Assembly: GCF_006345805.1 (NCBI RefSeq)
Contig: NC_043000.1
Location: forward strand, 61,008,001-61,072,000
Source of the DNA: Octopus sinensis
Lineage: Eukaryota
Reading direction: 5' to 3'
Length of the DNA stretch: 64,000 nt
Part shown: positions 39,797-54,372 of the stretch, in pieces
Numbering within the stretch: the stretch's first letter is position 1
How the letters are laid out: every line of letters starts with the position of its first letter
The notes under the pieces: model-generated
Seen by the model: the letters and a program-made list of their open reading frames with translations, nothing else
Database searches by the model: none
What the model was told of the DNA's origin: nothing
Position numbers and translations under genes: made by a program

Positions 39797-39955
39797 TACG
39801 GGCCTCTTTCAGTTTCCGTCTACCAAATCCACTCACAAGGTTCTGGTCGGGCCGAAGCTATAGTAGAAGACACTTGCCCAAGGTGCCACGCAGTGGGACT
39901 GAACCCGAAACCATGTTGGTTGGTAAGCAAGCTACTTACCACACAGCCAGTCCTA
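39530..39955 (-). mobile_element. SINE family B copy with long internal (CA)n
   Basis: Same two-half structure as 38210-38655. Confidence 0.9.
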
Positions 39956-42124
39956 CGTCTATATTCTATATAATCATAATACTTTATAAATGCACACACA
40001 GCTACGACCTCTGCGTTTATATACTTACAGACAGGCATAAAAACTTGTATATATATATATATGTATGTGTGTGTGTATGTGTGATGGCCTCTCCCATCGA
40101 AGACGACGTATGAGAGTTAAGTTTTTGCCCAACGATCCATGCAAAGGATTTGTTTATAGTGACCGAATGTTCGTGCTGTACATTAGTTCGCTCTCTCCAT
40201 CAAATCGACGTTGTATGAACAGGTGTACTGTATACCACGCGTTAGGTGTCTACGTGATCGCAGAGCGACGTGAGATGAAGTGTTTTGCTCAAGAACACAA
40301 CGCACCGATCAGTCTAGGAATTGAAACCATGATCTGTTCATACACGCTGTATATATTCATGCACACTAGGCCACCTCCCTCCACACACAAGCCTTTCCAT
40401 TTTTATATGGAGGAGGGGAATAAAGTCGGTTTTATCAAGTCTTATATAATTGATTAAAAGTTGTACATGAAAGTTATCGAGTATGTGTTACTTGAACATC
40501 AAGTATGATTTATTGTTGTTAACAGGAATATGTTAAATGATTCGTCTCCTTCAAAGGAAGACGGTTAGCTCTCTTCACTTTGCTACTCAGTATGAAACTC
40601 TCGGTTTTGCTACCTATACTTACTACATGAGCTCTACATCTCATGAATTTCAATTTAGTAAAGTTGCAAATAACTTATGCAATAAAATTTGTATATTGAT
40701 GTCACGTATGGTATAGGAGAAAGTTTTCTACCAGAAATTGTAAATTTCTACCAGAATTGTAAATAAACAACTATTCTTAACTGTTAGAATTCCATGAAAT
40801 CAGCATGCATTCAAGCTGCTCAAACATTCTAGACGTAGGTTAGGATGAAAGATGCGTACTACTGAAAAAATACAAGTATTTTGTGAATACCCATGCTTGA
40901 ATGTCTGCTAAACTTTGTTCATTACTATAATTTATAAATATTGTAACTAGGAAGAATTGATTTTTTTTATTTGTTCGACGCCAAGCGGACTTTTGCGCAC
41001 ATTACCGTCTATGCGACATCTATTGGACTCACTATGTAATAGTCCTTGTTTTTTGCCAAGATTAAAAAGTGGGGTGTTTGAATAAATGTCTCTATAATCT
41101 TAGGAATTCAAGCCTTCGATTTCCAGAGCAGAATCGTTTCAGCCAGAAATCCCTTATGTATTAACCTTCAAAGAAGCTATCGAAATAACAGTTGAACATG
41201 CTAAATATTGCATCCAGATATCAAATATCACTAAATAATTTCCATATAACCTCCATATCACCTTTAGGATCAATAAAAGAGATGCCTGTAATATTCAATG
41301 ACTCCTTATAAAATCATGTGCTCAGGCAAAATATATCACTATTTTATTTTTCCCTCAACAAATTTATTTATTTAGAAGCTTTAACAAGAAATGGTTCTTC
41401 AATGACAAATGATATCCTACTGGGTGAAAACTGCTGATTGTAAAACGTCACTTGTTTGGCTAAAAACAGCAATAAAAAACAAAACAACACAACACAAAAG
41501 GCATATGGGACATAAACTCTGGTAATGGAATGTGGTGAAGATTAAAATCACTTTCTCCCTCTCTCTTTCGCTTTCCACTCGTCAAGTCTAAGAAAAGTAA
41601 AAAATAAAATCAGAATAAAATAAATATGAAAATGTAGTGATCAATAATAACTATTTGCATGGCACTATAATATTTACTGGTATTAAAGTCTCCACAAATT
41701 CCAGACTACTTGGCAACACTAATCGCATCTCGCACTGTATCAATATGACTTGAGAGAGAATATCTTGTGATTCTCTCACGAAACACAGCTGACTCTTAAC
41801 TGTGTTCTCTCAGCCAATGAACGGAAGTAGCAGTGGACACTCATATTTCATTTGGACAGCCCATTTACCAACTCAACAGACCTACCATCCTTCTTGCCTA
41901 TGCACGTACGTATATGTTCTCTTCTGTTTTTAATTATTTGAAGTATTCCTGTAAGGAAAGAGCTCGTTTCTAACAAAGATACAAAGCATCATCGTTGGAA
42001 TGTAGATAACTAATATAAAACAATGCCACATGTTGAAGTTCGAGTTATGATGTGATTGATGTAGCAGTTACAAGCCCAAGAGAGACTGCGCTTCATGTCG
42101 ATATTACTAACTTCTTCAATTCTT

Positions 42125-42510
42125 GGGGAAACATACTTTTACATACTGTTTTTACAGTATGATGAGCGGCTCACATTAAGGTCTTTTTTGAGGTATTTTA
42201 GTCCAGATGCTTTGGGGTTGTATGGGAGGCCTTCAAGAAGAAAGTGCTTCCTGAGAATCTTACTGCTGACATGTAGGATGTCATCTTCGATTTTTAGCAC
42301 TAGGCTTATATACTTATTTTTGGTAGTGCTGTTTAGTTGGTGCTGTCTGGGAGACAGCCTTCGGATGTATACGACATTTGCAGGCAGTCTGCACTGACCT
42401 CAAGCCTCTTCCTTCATCTTGGATAGAGCCTGTCCACACTATAGTTTTTGTAGAACTTTCCCGTTGATGTTAGGATCTTGCGGGTTTTAATGTCTATGGA
42501 GTGGATTAGT
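42125..42510 (-). mobile_element. R4/Dong-like non-LTR retrotransposon relic (post-RT region)
   Basis: Minus translation IDIKTRKILTSTGKFYKNYSVDRLYP..GRGLRSVQT matches the iDrkTRKlL...vdRLYlpR..GGRGL motif; stops and frameshifts present. Confidence 0.75.
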
Positions 42511-43302
42511 TGTGGAAGTGGTTGAGTTTAATAATTATTTTTGTTGTAGTTGTTGTTAAGTATCAGCTTTTAACTCCGCACAAAGATAGTCGAATAAAGT
42601 ACCACCCAATCGATATTCTAGCTGAAAGCTTTATATTTTCATTGCTGATTATCCTACTAAAAGATTAGAACATGAAACATGTTGTCCTCTATTATAAAAC
42701 TAGAGGCTGATAGGAAACAGGAACAGATTTCGTTGTAATGATTACATGAATTAGAAGCTTCGTAGAATATAATCTCTTTGATCCATTGGTTCATTTCTCA
42801 AGAATTAATGCAGTAAGCTATACATTTGTGGGCCTATTCAGTGGAGGTAAATTGGTCAAGCAAAACATTTGACTGACATCTATATCTAAGGCTATCGTAT
42901 CTGCACTATGCTAAATGATATCTTAATATAATAGACTATAAGATATTTGTATTTGGAGATATAAATTGCAAGAGCGGTATTAGTTAATGGGTTATAATTG
43001 GTGAGACTCAAAAGGTAAAATACTAGCGAGTGTTATAAAGGATAGCTATATCATAGGCAAAGCACTATTTTGTAGTAACATATAGCTATTATTTGTCCCT
43101 ATTCAAAATTATGGCTTTTTAGCGAAAACCGTACAAAGACTAGATTGACATTTGGCAGGTTATAGTTATGTCTTACCGGCAAGCGCCTAGAAATGATGTC
43201 TCAATAGAAACACTGGATGAAAGTGAACCTTATACTACACATATGACGCAGTGACTCAATGGTACCAGTTATTTTTGAAAAGTTAGATTTCGTAAACTAT
43301 AT

Positions 43303-43515
43303 TGATTTCAAATTTTGGCACAAGGCCAGTAGTTTCAAGGGAAGGACGAAGGCGATTACAATGACACCAGTGCCCTACTGATACTTGCTTTATCGACCCA
43401 GAAAAGATGAAAGGCAAATTCGACGTCGACGAAATTTGAACCTAGAACGTAAAGACGGACGAAATGCCGTTAAGCGTTTTGCTCGGCGTGCTAACGATTC
43501 TATCAGCTCCCCGCA
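43303..43515 (-). mobile_element. SINE family A copy
   Basis: Core and head motifs on the minus strand. Confidence 0.88.
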
Positions 43516-43829
43516 TTGCCAGCTTACAGGTTAAATTAATGAGAATGTAGTCTAGTTCATCGAAAAAACTGAATACTAGTCGTAGAAACCTATGGAGATC
43601 ACTCCATCCCCGATATATATAAAGTGCAGAAATATGACAAACTTTAGGTGGCAGAAAGCCGGAAAATTGCCAGATAGATGATGTTTGGAAATCTATTGCG
43701 AATTTTTTTGATGATTTTTTTTTTCCAAAACCGTATTCCAACTTACAGTTGATATGACATTGACAGTGGAAACAACTGCTATGACATTTAAGATCTATTT
43801 ATGTACACACTTACGCGCACATGCAGATA

Positions 43830-44125
43830 CACATACACACATACAAATACATACATACATACATACATACATACATACATACATACATACATACGTACAT
43901 AAATACATACTTACATACATACATACATACATACATACTTACATACATACATTCATACATAGATACATACACACACACACGTACGCACACACCAAACATA
44001 CACACACCTATATATGTATGTGTGTATACATATATATTCATAAATATATACGTATACATACATATATAAGTATATCTATATTTATGTATATGTGTGTTTA
44101 TATAAATGTATATACATGTATATGC

Positions 44126-44164
<39 letters not shown>

Positions 44165-44249
44165 TATAAACAAGAGCAAAAGAAAAAAATTCTATGCTAA
44201 TATGCTGAGAATAGACTTTAAATCGTCAATCACCACATTACAATATATG

Positions 44250-44281
<32 letters not shown>

Positions 44282-44676
44282 TGTATGTATGTATGTATGT
44301 ATGTATGTATGTATGTATGTATGAATGTATGTATGTATGTATGTATGTATGTATGCATGTATGTATGTATGTATGTATTTACATTTACAAACGAAAGAGA
44401 TGCGTCCTCAAAATACTGTGTAGTGGTTCTGTTTCGTTCTATATACATAGATATATATATATACATATGTATATATATATCTATGTATATAGAACGAAAC
44501 AGTTAATGATTTATTCCAATGCAACTTGGAGCTTAACAGTAGCAATAACGTGAATCATTAACTGAGTGATTCCTATTGAACAGAACCATTACACACTGTT
44601 TTGAGAACGTATTTCTTTCGATTGTAAATGTATGTGTGTATACATACATACATACATACATACATACATACATGCA

Positions 44677-44707
<31 letters not shown>

Positions 44708-44820
44708 CTACATACATACATTACATACATTACATACATTGCATACATACATATGTGTGTGTGTGTATGTATGTGTGTGTGTGCGCGCGTCTATGTCCGT
44801 ATATGTACAGATATACATGA

Positions 44821-44883
<63 letters not shown>

Positions 44884-44960
44884 TACACACACACTCTCTC
44901 TCTCTGTTTCTCTCGCACACACACTCACACATATATACCGGAAGCGAAAGAGAAGCAGAG
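43830..44960. repeat. 1.1-kb mosaic of (TACA)n/(TATG)n/(TA)n/(CA)n microsatellites
   Basis: Directly visible; explains more than ten ORF-track entries. Confidence 0.93.
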
Positions 44961-46244
44961 TGAAGTGATGGAGAACGAGTGAAAAATAGATAAATAGATA
45001 GATAGATATTGATAGAAAGCGTTAGGTAGGAAGAGAGATTGAGTTCGGAAGAGAGAGAGAGAGTGAGGGAAGGAGAGTGAGAGTGTGAGGGAGGGACAGA
45101 GGAAGAGTATGTAAGTGAAAGTCTACTCTTCGCAAACGTCTCATAATAATAAAAAACAAGATTCAATATTAGTCTCCGAAAAATTGTGCATATTATTATA
45201 AGTACAACTAACATAGATATATACGAAAATGCATACAGGTATATGAACCTAAGTACTTATGTGTGTTCAAACATATATGCACACATCCATTCAAATATCT
45301 GAGCACATTTATACATAAGTATATACACCTGCTTATATGATAACATTTGCTTAACTGACTGCATCCATATATTTACAGTAGTACCTCTTAAGTGTGGTTT
45401 CTTTGGCAGACTGGTGAGTGTCAGATAGTGAACAACTAATGTGTTACAGGATTGCCAGATTTACAACACATATGTAATAGAAATTTCTTTGAAGAACAGA
45501 CTAATATGAAGCGTTAGTTGTTTTTTTCTAACAGCCAAGACCAGCAGCACGAAGCCTCGTCAGATAATATATAACGCAACTACATCAAAAGCTTGGTATA
45601 CAGGTGTACGAAAAGTAAAACCTTCAACAACACTGGAAAAGAAAATTTATCAGAGGCAAAGCAAACACCTGAATGCGAATAAGATGAAGACGTGTACACA
45701 ATGCTAAAAGCATTTCATTTGAAGCTAAAATTTCCCAGATCAATATTCCCAGTTGGATGGCGAATTGACAGAGTCGTTAAGGCATCGGATAGAAGGGCTC
45801 GTGATATGTGTTCGACTCCCTACGCTCTGAGACCAAATTCTGCCGAAGTCGATAACAGCTTTGCATTTAATTCTGTACCCCAGGCGATAAAATAGTACCA
45901 GTCGAGGGAGGTGGGTTAATACAAACTAAAAGAACTTCAGACCAGTTGTTTTGCTCTATTCGTCCTGACTCTTTGAGCCTTGAGTTCAAATCTCACCATG
46001 ACCTACTTGGGTGGTACATTTAATCCATTACCTAATTTAGCACTACAACTTGGCGTTTTGGTTGCTTTTAGCGAACTACACTTTGTTGCAAGTTTTGGAG
46101 CCAAATCTCCAGCTTGAGGATATCTTCCTTTCTTTCTCCGTTAAACATTCTAATACAAGAAAGCGTACTACCGTTTCCTTCACCAACACCGGTTGTCATG
46201 AATATAAGATGCGCCAAAACAGATTTTTTAAAAATAATTCAGGT

Positions 46245-46435
46245 GGTAAGAAATTTGCTTCCCAACCACATGGTTCCAGGTTCAGTGTCACTGCGTGGCA
46301 CCTTGGATAAATATCTTCAATAACCTCAGGCAAACCAAAGCCTTGTGAGTGGATTTGATAGACGGCAGCTGCACGATATCCGTCGTATATATATATATAT
46401 ATATATATATTATATTATATATATATATATATATT

Positions 46436-46493
<58 letters not shown>

Positions 46494-46710
46494 CTATATA
46501 TATATCTGTGTATGTATATCTTTGTTTCTGTTTGTTAACCACCACCGCTTGACAACTGGTGTTGGTATGTTTACGTCCCCGTAACTTAGCGGTTTGTCAA
46601 AAAGAGACCGACAGATAGAATAAGTACTGGGGTCGACTTCATTCGACTAAAAATTCTTCAAGGTAGTGCCTCAGCACGGCCGCAGTGTAATGACTGGAAC
46701 AGATAAAAGA
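46245..46710 (+). mobile_element. SINE family B copy with internal (TA)n
   Basis: cccaaccacatggttccagg...gcaccttgg...(ta)n...cgactaaaaattcttcaagg...ggccgcagt. Confidence 0.87.
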
Positions 46711-46717
46711 CAAAGGA

Positions 46718-47379
46718 TATAATCAGCATCAACATCTCAAGGTGTAGAAACATCTACATAATCTAACGAGCCAGTAAAATGCCATATGCATTGCTTTTTT
46801 CTCTTGATTGTAAGAAACACATAATTTCTCGTTTCCGATAATCAGACGATAGTGAAAACAGGACGATAGTGAAAACGTTAATAAGGTAGAAAAGAATGAA
46901 ATATTTAGAAATGAAACCGAATTTTGATTAGATGATATTAGCACATAAAACTGGAAAGGATTCGATAAAATTTCCCGAAAATATTAAAATGAAATAAGCG
47001 GAGGCAGGAAGGAGTGGGGAGATTGAGGATGAAGGAAAAATGGCCGGGAAGAAATAATAGATGCATGTGGGAGAGGGAGAGTGAGACAGGCATCTTCCAG
47101 TGAGAGAATTGATGCTAGGATTAATACAAATAAAGGTGGGTACAGAAAACAATTTCACTGATAAAGAAGAACCTTTTCGGATTTATAGTGTAACAGATTA
47201 ATAGAAGTAAAGATTTTACAACGAACATAGATAACATAAGATAGTTTCTTTTCACTTTTACGTCGGCATGGGAAATGTGACTAAATTATACTGGGTTTTA
47301 CATCTAAGCTGGAAGTTGGGTTAAACCATATGATTTTCTGGATGTATTTCTACACCTTGAGATGGTGAAGGTTATTATA
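46718..47379. mobile_element. putative non-autonomous TIR element (about 660 bp)
   Basis: tataatcagcatcaacatctcaaggtgtagaaacatc (46718-46754) is an imperfect inverted repeat of 47341-47379; no coding remnant seen. Confidence 0.45.
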
Positions 47380-47573
47380 AATTAAATTTTACCTGAAAAA
47401 TCGCTGTTTTGGCGCGTTTTATTGTAGTAATGAGAAGAAAACGGTAGTTATCCGTAGATAATGAAGAAATTATACTAGGAAGAGTGTTAAATGGGGGATG
47501 AGAATTCTTATTGGCATAAAATAATATCGTATTATATACAGACTAAATGTATTTTTATTTAGTGGAACCATGT

Positions 47574-47675
47574 CTTCTTCTTCTTCTTCTTCTTCTTCTT
47601 CTTCTTCTTCTTCTCTTCTTCTTCTCTTCTTCTTCTTCTTCTTCTTCTTCTTCTTCTTCTTCTTCTTCTTCTTCT
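47574..47675. repeat. (TTC)n microsatellite
   Basis: Directly visible. Confidence 0.97.
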
Positions 47676-48796
47676 CCCATCTCCTTCTTTTCCTCTTCTT
47701 TTTCTCCACCCCCTTTTCTTGTGCTTGTTCTAGCTTTAATTTATGGATAAGTTAACACACAACCACACCTACCCAGAACTCTATATTTATGTATAAGTTA
47801 AAAAAAAATCTTCACACACACAGCCACTCCCATTCATACATCTATATTTAGAACGGTAACATAAATCATCCAATAAGATATTTTCGTTGCAGGTTTTCAG
47901 GGTCAGTTTCAACCAATCAACATATAACTTATTAATATCTCCCACCCCCGTCTTTAAATATCTTCCCCTACTTCAGAGAAAAAATGGGAAGAGAAGGGAG
48001 CAAGCGAACCATTTAATTCTTTACTTTTCCAAGTATATGGGTGATCGAAGAGCTGATGAAACCGAAACTGCAGTTCAGGTTGTATTCTAAGCCTCTCTCC
48101 CATAAACTAGCGTATATAATATTCTACACACTACTAAGAAATATACAAAAAGCAAATATTTCACGATGTACCTGTTTCTGCTTCAACACATGGCTTCTGA
48201 TTAATTGTTGTTATCAACTTTTAGCTAACAATTCCCTTCGCTACACCACAGGTAGCCATATTGAGTTATTAATAAACAAAACACCATGTATGCTTGCCGA
48301 ATTATGTTACCCAATAAATACATCTCTGGATGAATTATTATTATTATTTTTTACTCCTGGCTAATAGGCTTTGACGTTCAAACATTCCCCAGTTGTTAGT
48401 TGGCGAAAATAAAAATAAAATATTTTCTAAGCACAGTTCAGCTCATAATACTAACAACAACAGAAAAAGAACAGCAATAATTTTAGTAAAAAGACGACGA
48501 TTGGGGATGACGATGGCGATGATGATGTGTATTTTCTAACGGTCTCGTACAACTGGATGTTTAGATCGTTTGTTTTGTTTTGATGAAATGTTAAAAGAAA
48601 TTAATGATAATTCCATCGTAATTACAAAGACCCCCCCACCAAAAAACAAAACAAAACAAACGATCTAAACATCCATTTGTACGAGATCGTTAGAAAATAC
48701 ACACACACACAGAAACACGCACGCACCCGCGCATATATAAACATACATTCACATACAGGTATATACATATCTATCTATACATACATACACACACAT

Positions 48797-48828
<32 letters not shown>

Positions 48829-48921
48829 GTATGTATGTATGTATGTATATATATATACACACCCGTATTCGTCTTATGTTTTTGTTTGGAAATTCCAACT
48901 ATATATATATATATATATATA

Positions 48922-50995
48922 TCAACAATCAAGGAACGGCCATAATAGGCCATTCACCCACTAGAAATAACAGCCAAAGCTTCAACCGCAAATAAAAATT
49001 AATTCCGTAAACCAGGAGAAAATTTTAAAAAACATTTACCCTGTAATTTCTTATACGATGCACCGTTTCATCTGCTGTTTAATGGTAAACTAACCTGATT
49101 AAATTAAATCAAGCCAATCTTCCATAGGCCCTCAGATTCTTCAGTAAGAAATAGCCCAAGTCGGAACAGATATTTTCACGAGGCATTTCCGACCCTGCCA
49201 AGGTAATATCTGACCTAAAATTTTCAAATCATCGCACTCGCGCCAAATTTATCGGCAGCAAATAAATATAAGCCGTCGATTCCATTACGGAATTAACCAG
49301 AAAATTCATAATTAATCAATATAGGGTGGCAAAAAAAAATTTTGTAGAATTTTTTTGCCACCAGCGGCCTAGTGGGAAAAAATTTAAATAGTCAAAGACC
49401 ATTTTTAAGTTCAACATCAACAATCAAGGAACGGCCATAATAGGCCATTCACCCACTAGAAATAACAGCCAAAGCTTCAACCGCAAATAAATTTTGCCAC
49501 CCTATATTGATTAATTATGAATTTTCTGGTTAATTCCGTAATGGAATCGACGGCTTATATTTATTTGCTGCCGATAAATTTGGCGCGAGTGCGATGATTT
49601 GAAAATTTTAGGTCAGATATTACCTTGGCAGGGTCGGAAATGCCTCGTGAAAATATCTGTTTCGACTTGGGCTATTTCTTACTGAAGAATCTGAGGGCCT
49701 ATGGAAGATTGGCTTGATTTAATTTAATCAGGTTAGTTTACCATTAAACAGCAGATGAAACGGTGCATTGTATAAGAAATTACAGGGTAAATGTTTTTTA
49801 AAATTTTCTCCTGGTTTACGGAATTAATTTTTATTTGCGGTTGAAGCTTTGGCTGTTATTTCTAGTGGGTGAATGGCCTATTATGGCCGTTCCTTGATTG
49901 TTGATGTTGAACTTAAAAATGGTCTTTGACTATTTAATTTTTTCCCACTAGGCCGCTGGTGGCAAAAAAATTCTACAAAATTTTTTTTGCCACCCTATAT
50001 TGATTAATTATGAATTTTCTGGTTAATTCCGTAATGGAATCGACGGCTTATATTTATTTGCTGCCGATAAATTTGGCGCGAGTGCGATGATTTGAAAATT
50101 TTAGGTCAGATATTACCTTGGCAGGGTCGGAAATGCCTCGTGAAAATATCTGTTCCGACTTGGGCTATTTCTTACTGAAGAATCTGAGGGCCTATGGAAG
50201 ATTGGCTTGATTTAATTTAATCAGGTTAGTTTACCATTAAACAGCAGATGAAACGGTGCATCGTATAAGAAATTACAGGGTAAATGTTCTTTTAAATTTT
50301 CTCCTGGTTTACGGAATTAATTTTTATTTGCGGTTGAAGATTTGGCTGTTATTTCTAGTGGGTGAATGGCCTATTATGGCCGTTCCTTGATTGTTGATGT
50401 TGAACTTAAAAATGGTCTTTGACTATTTAATTTTTTCCCACTAGGCCGCTGGTGGCAAAAAAATTCTACAAAATTTTTTTTGCCACCCTATATTGATTAA
50501 TTATGAATTTTCTGGTTAATTCCGTAATGGAATCGACGGCTTATATTTATTTGCTGCCGATAAATTTGGCGCGAGTGCGATGATTTGAAAATTTTAGGTC
50601 AGATATTACCTTGGCAGGGTCGGAAATGCCTCGTGAAAATATCTGTTCCGACTTGGGCTATTTCTTACTGAAGAATCTGAGGGCCTATGGAAGATTGACT
50701 TGATTTAATTTAATCAGGTTAGTTTACCATTAAACAGCAGATGAAACGGTGCATCGTATAAGAAATTACAGGGTAAATGTTTTTTAAAATTTTCTCCTGG
50801 TTTACGGAATTAATTTTTATTTGCGGTTGAAGCTTTGGCTGTTATTTCTAGTGGGTGAATGGCCTATTATGGCCGTTCCTTGATTGTTGATGTTGAACTT
50901 AAAAATGGTCTTTGACTATTTAATTTTTTCCCACTAGGCCGCTGGTGGCAAAAAAATTCTACAAAATTTTTGCCACCCTATATTGATTAATTATA
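48922..50995. repeat. array of a ~493-bp unit: 1 full + 1 partial forward copy, then 3 full + 1 partial reverse copy, embedded in (TA)n
   Basis: Forward unit starts at 48923 and 49418; reverse anchors gccacccta at 49496, 49989, 50482 and 50972; copies differ by a few substitutions and homopolymer lengths. Confidence 0.95.
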
Positions 50996-51080
50996 TATAT
51001 ATATATATATATAAACATGCACAAATCAGAAATTCATAGATAGAAACCTGTGTTTATGCACTAACGCATAAATATCTATA

Positions 51081-51111
<31 letters not shown>

Positions 51112-51121
51112 CATACATACA

Positions 51122-51152
<31 letters not shown>

Positions 51153-52169
51153 GCATATACAAATGCATGCGTATACATATATTTGTACATACATGCATGT
51201 ACATGTGTGTACGTATACTGACACTACAAACACCATATAAACTCCATATCACATAAATACAATACAGTCGTACAATACATTCCCATATACATAGCCACAC
51301 ATACACATGCTCATGTATACTACACACGAATATCCAGTTGCACACCTACTAACACCGTTTCTTGCAGCAATAATTATGCCGCCATATGTTTCAGGATGAC
51401 ATCATGCACACGCACGTACTCACATGGTACACATAAATGCACACACATTATATCTATATGCAAGTATGTACGTATGCATATATGAATTTGTGTACGTAGG
51501 TGCACACACACACACACACATATATATACTTGCCTTGCATACATATATATATCTTTGTGTATATTATTGGTATATATATATATATATATATATATACTTC
51601 ACCTGAGGTATATAAATATATATAATATATATATATATATATATTATATATATTATATATATATATTTGTGTGTGTGTGCGTATATATATGTATATATAT
51701 ATATAGATGTATATTTATATATGTATATATATATATACACACGCACGCGCACACATGTATGTATGTAAGTATGTTTACATCAGGTAGAGTATGTTATGAG
51801 CGATAAGTTACTGAGCGCTACATGTTACACTAATTGCTATTTATATTTAGCGAGAAATTTAGTTCAGGTTTCGTGTTGCACCAAGAAAACCACGCAAAGT
51901 CCTTTCACTTACACACACACTCTCTCTCTCTCACACACATACGCGCACACAAAAGTAGATTCGTACGCAAGCACCTAAATAAACGCTAACGATGTAGGTA
52001 TTTCTTATATCACGGGGATTTAAATAGCCTGTATACACAGCAGTCTATTAAGATTAATTACATACAGACATCAACCAGCATGCTTAAAGACCTTCAGAAA
52101 AACAACATATCATCAAATCTCATGCTTTACGTTTATTGCTGACGTTCTCTTGCGTTTATTACATACATA

Positions 52170-53010
<841 letters not shown>

Positions 53011-53084
53011 AGGTCGACAGTCATCCTGTCTGTCTGTCTATCTGTCTGTTTCTCTGTCTCTGTCTCTCTCTCTCTATATATATG

Positions 53085-53140
<56 letters not shown>

Positions 53141-53269
53141 CACACGCACACATGTATGTGCGTGACTGTGTGTGAGTGTGCAACGCGCATATGTACAAAT
53201 AGGTTAGAGTGGGCACACTGAATACATAAAGAAGGGTTTAAATAATCTTTTATCGCTTTTATTTTCTTT

Positions 53270-53279
53270 CTATCTATCC

Positions 53280-53364
<85 letters not shown>

Positions 53365-53393
53365 ACTATCTATCTAACTATCTAACTATCTAC

Positions 53394-53488
<95 letters not shown>

Positions 53489-53510
53489 CCTGTCTGCCTG
53501 TCTGTTTATC
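53270..53510. repeat. (TATC)n/(TCTG)n microsatellite
   Basis: Directly visible. Confidence 0.96.
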
Positions 53511-53544
53511 TATGGATACGTGTGTACAGACATACACGCATATG

Positions 53545-53584
<40 letters not shown>

Positions 53585-54017
53585 AATTTGCATATACAAA
53601 TGCACACATAAGCGTATAAATACATTCTCTCATAAATATAGCGTTTAACAATGAAGTGTTTGTGTTTAATAAATATTTATATTTTTGACAACTACTGCAA
53701 TAAATTTGGTGAACAGATAATAGATGTGTCATTAAAATGGTAGCCAGAAGGCAAAATGAAAGACTTGGTAATTTCCAATGTTTGCTGTTACTAGTTCATA
53801 TTCGTTTCTTCGAAAGGGTTTCGTTCTAGCTTAGACAAGATGTTCTAATTGTTATTATTTTTAACCCTGATCTAGCGATATATAATCAACGACGTTCTAA
53901 CTTTAATTGGAGAATTCAGATTTAAGGTACTAAGGAGTGATTTGAGGGAGCTTTAGCTACTATTTCTAGTAAGTCAAACGGCAGTGCAGAAGCTAATTCA
54001 TTGACCTTACAGATGAT

Positions 54018-54372
54018 ATGCAGAAACGTTAGCACGTCGTTACGTTCTGAGTTCAAATTCCGCTGAGATGGACCTTGCCTTTCATCCTTTCGGGATCGAT
54101 AAACTAAGTACCAGTTACGCACTGGGGTCAATGTAATCGACTTAATCCGTTTGTCTGTCCTTGTTTGTCCTCTCTGTGTTTAGCCCCTTGTGGGTAGTAA
54201 AGAAATAGGTATTTCATCTGCCGTTACGTTCTGAGTTCAAATTCCACCGAGGTTGTCTTTGCCTTTCATCCTTTTGAGGATCGATAAATTAAGTACCAGT
54301 TCCATAGTGGGGTCGATCTAATAGACTGGCCCCTCCTCCCAAATTTCGGGCCTTGTGCCTAGAGTAGAAAAG
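54018..54372 (+). mobile_element. dimeric SINE family A copy
   Basis: Core occurs twice, joined by aaagaaataggtatttc, the same junction as at 6088-6102. Confidence 0.88.

Noticed and set aside
48922-50995. Regular repeat array considered as CRISPR-like
   Set aside because: Units are ~493 bp with no variable spacers, there are no cas genes, and the context is eukaryotic.
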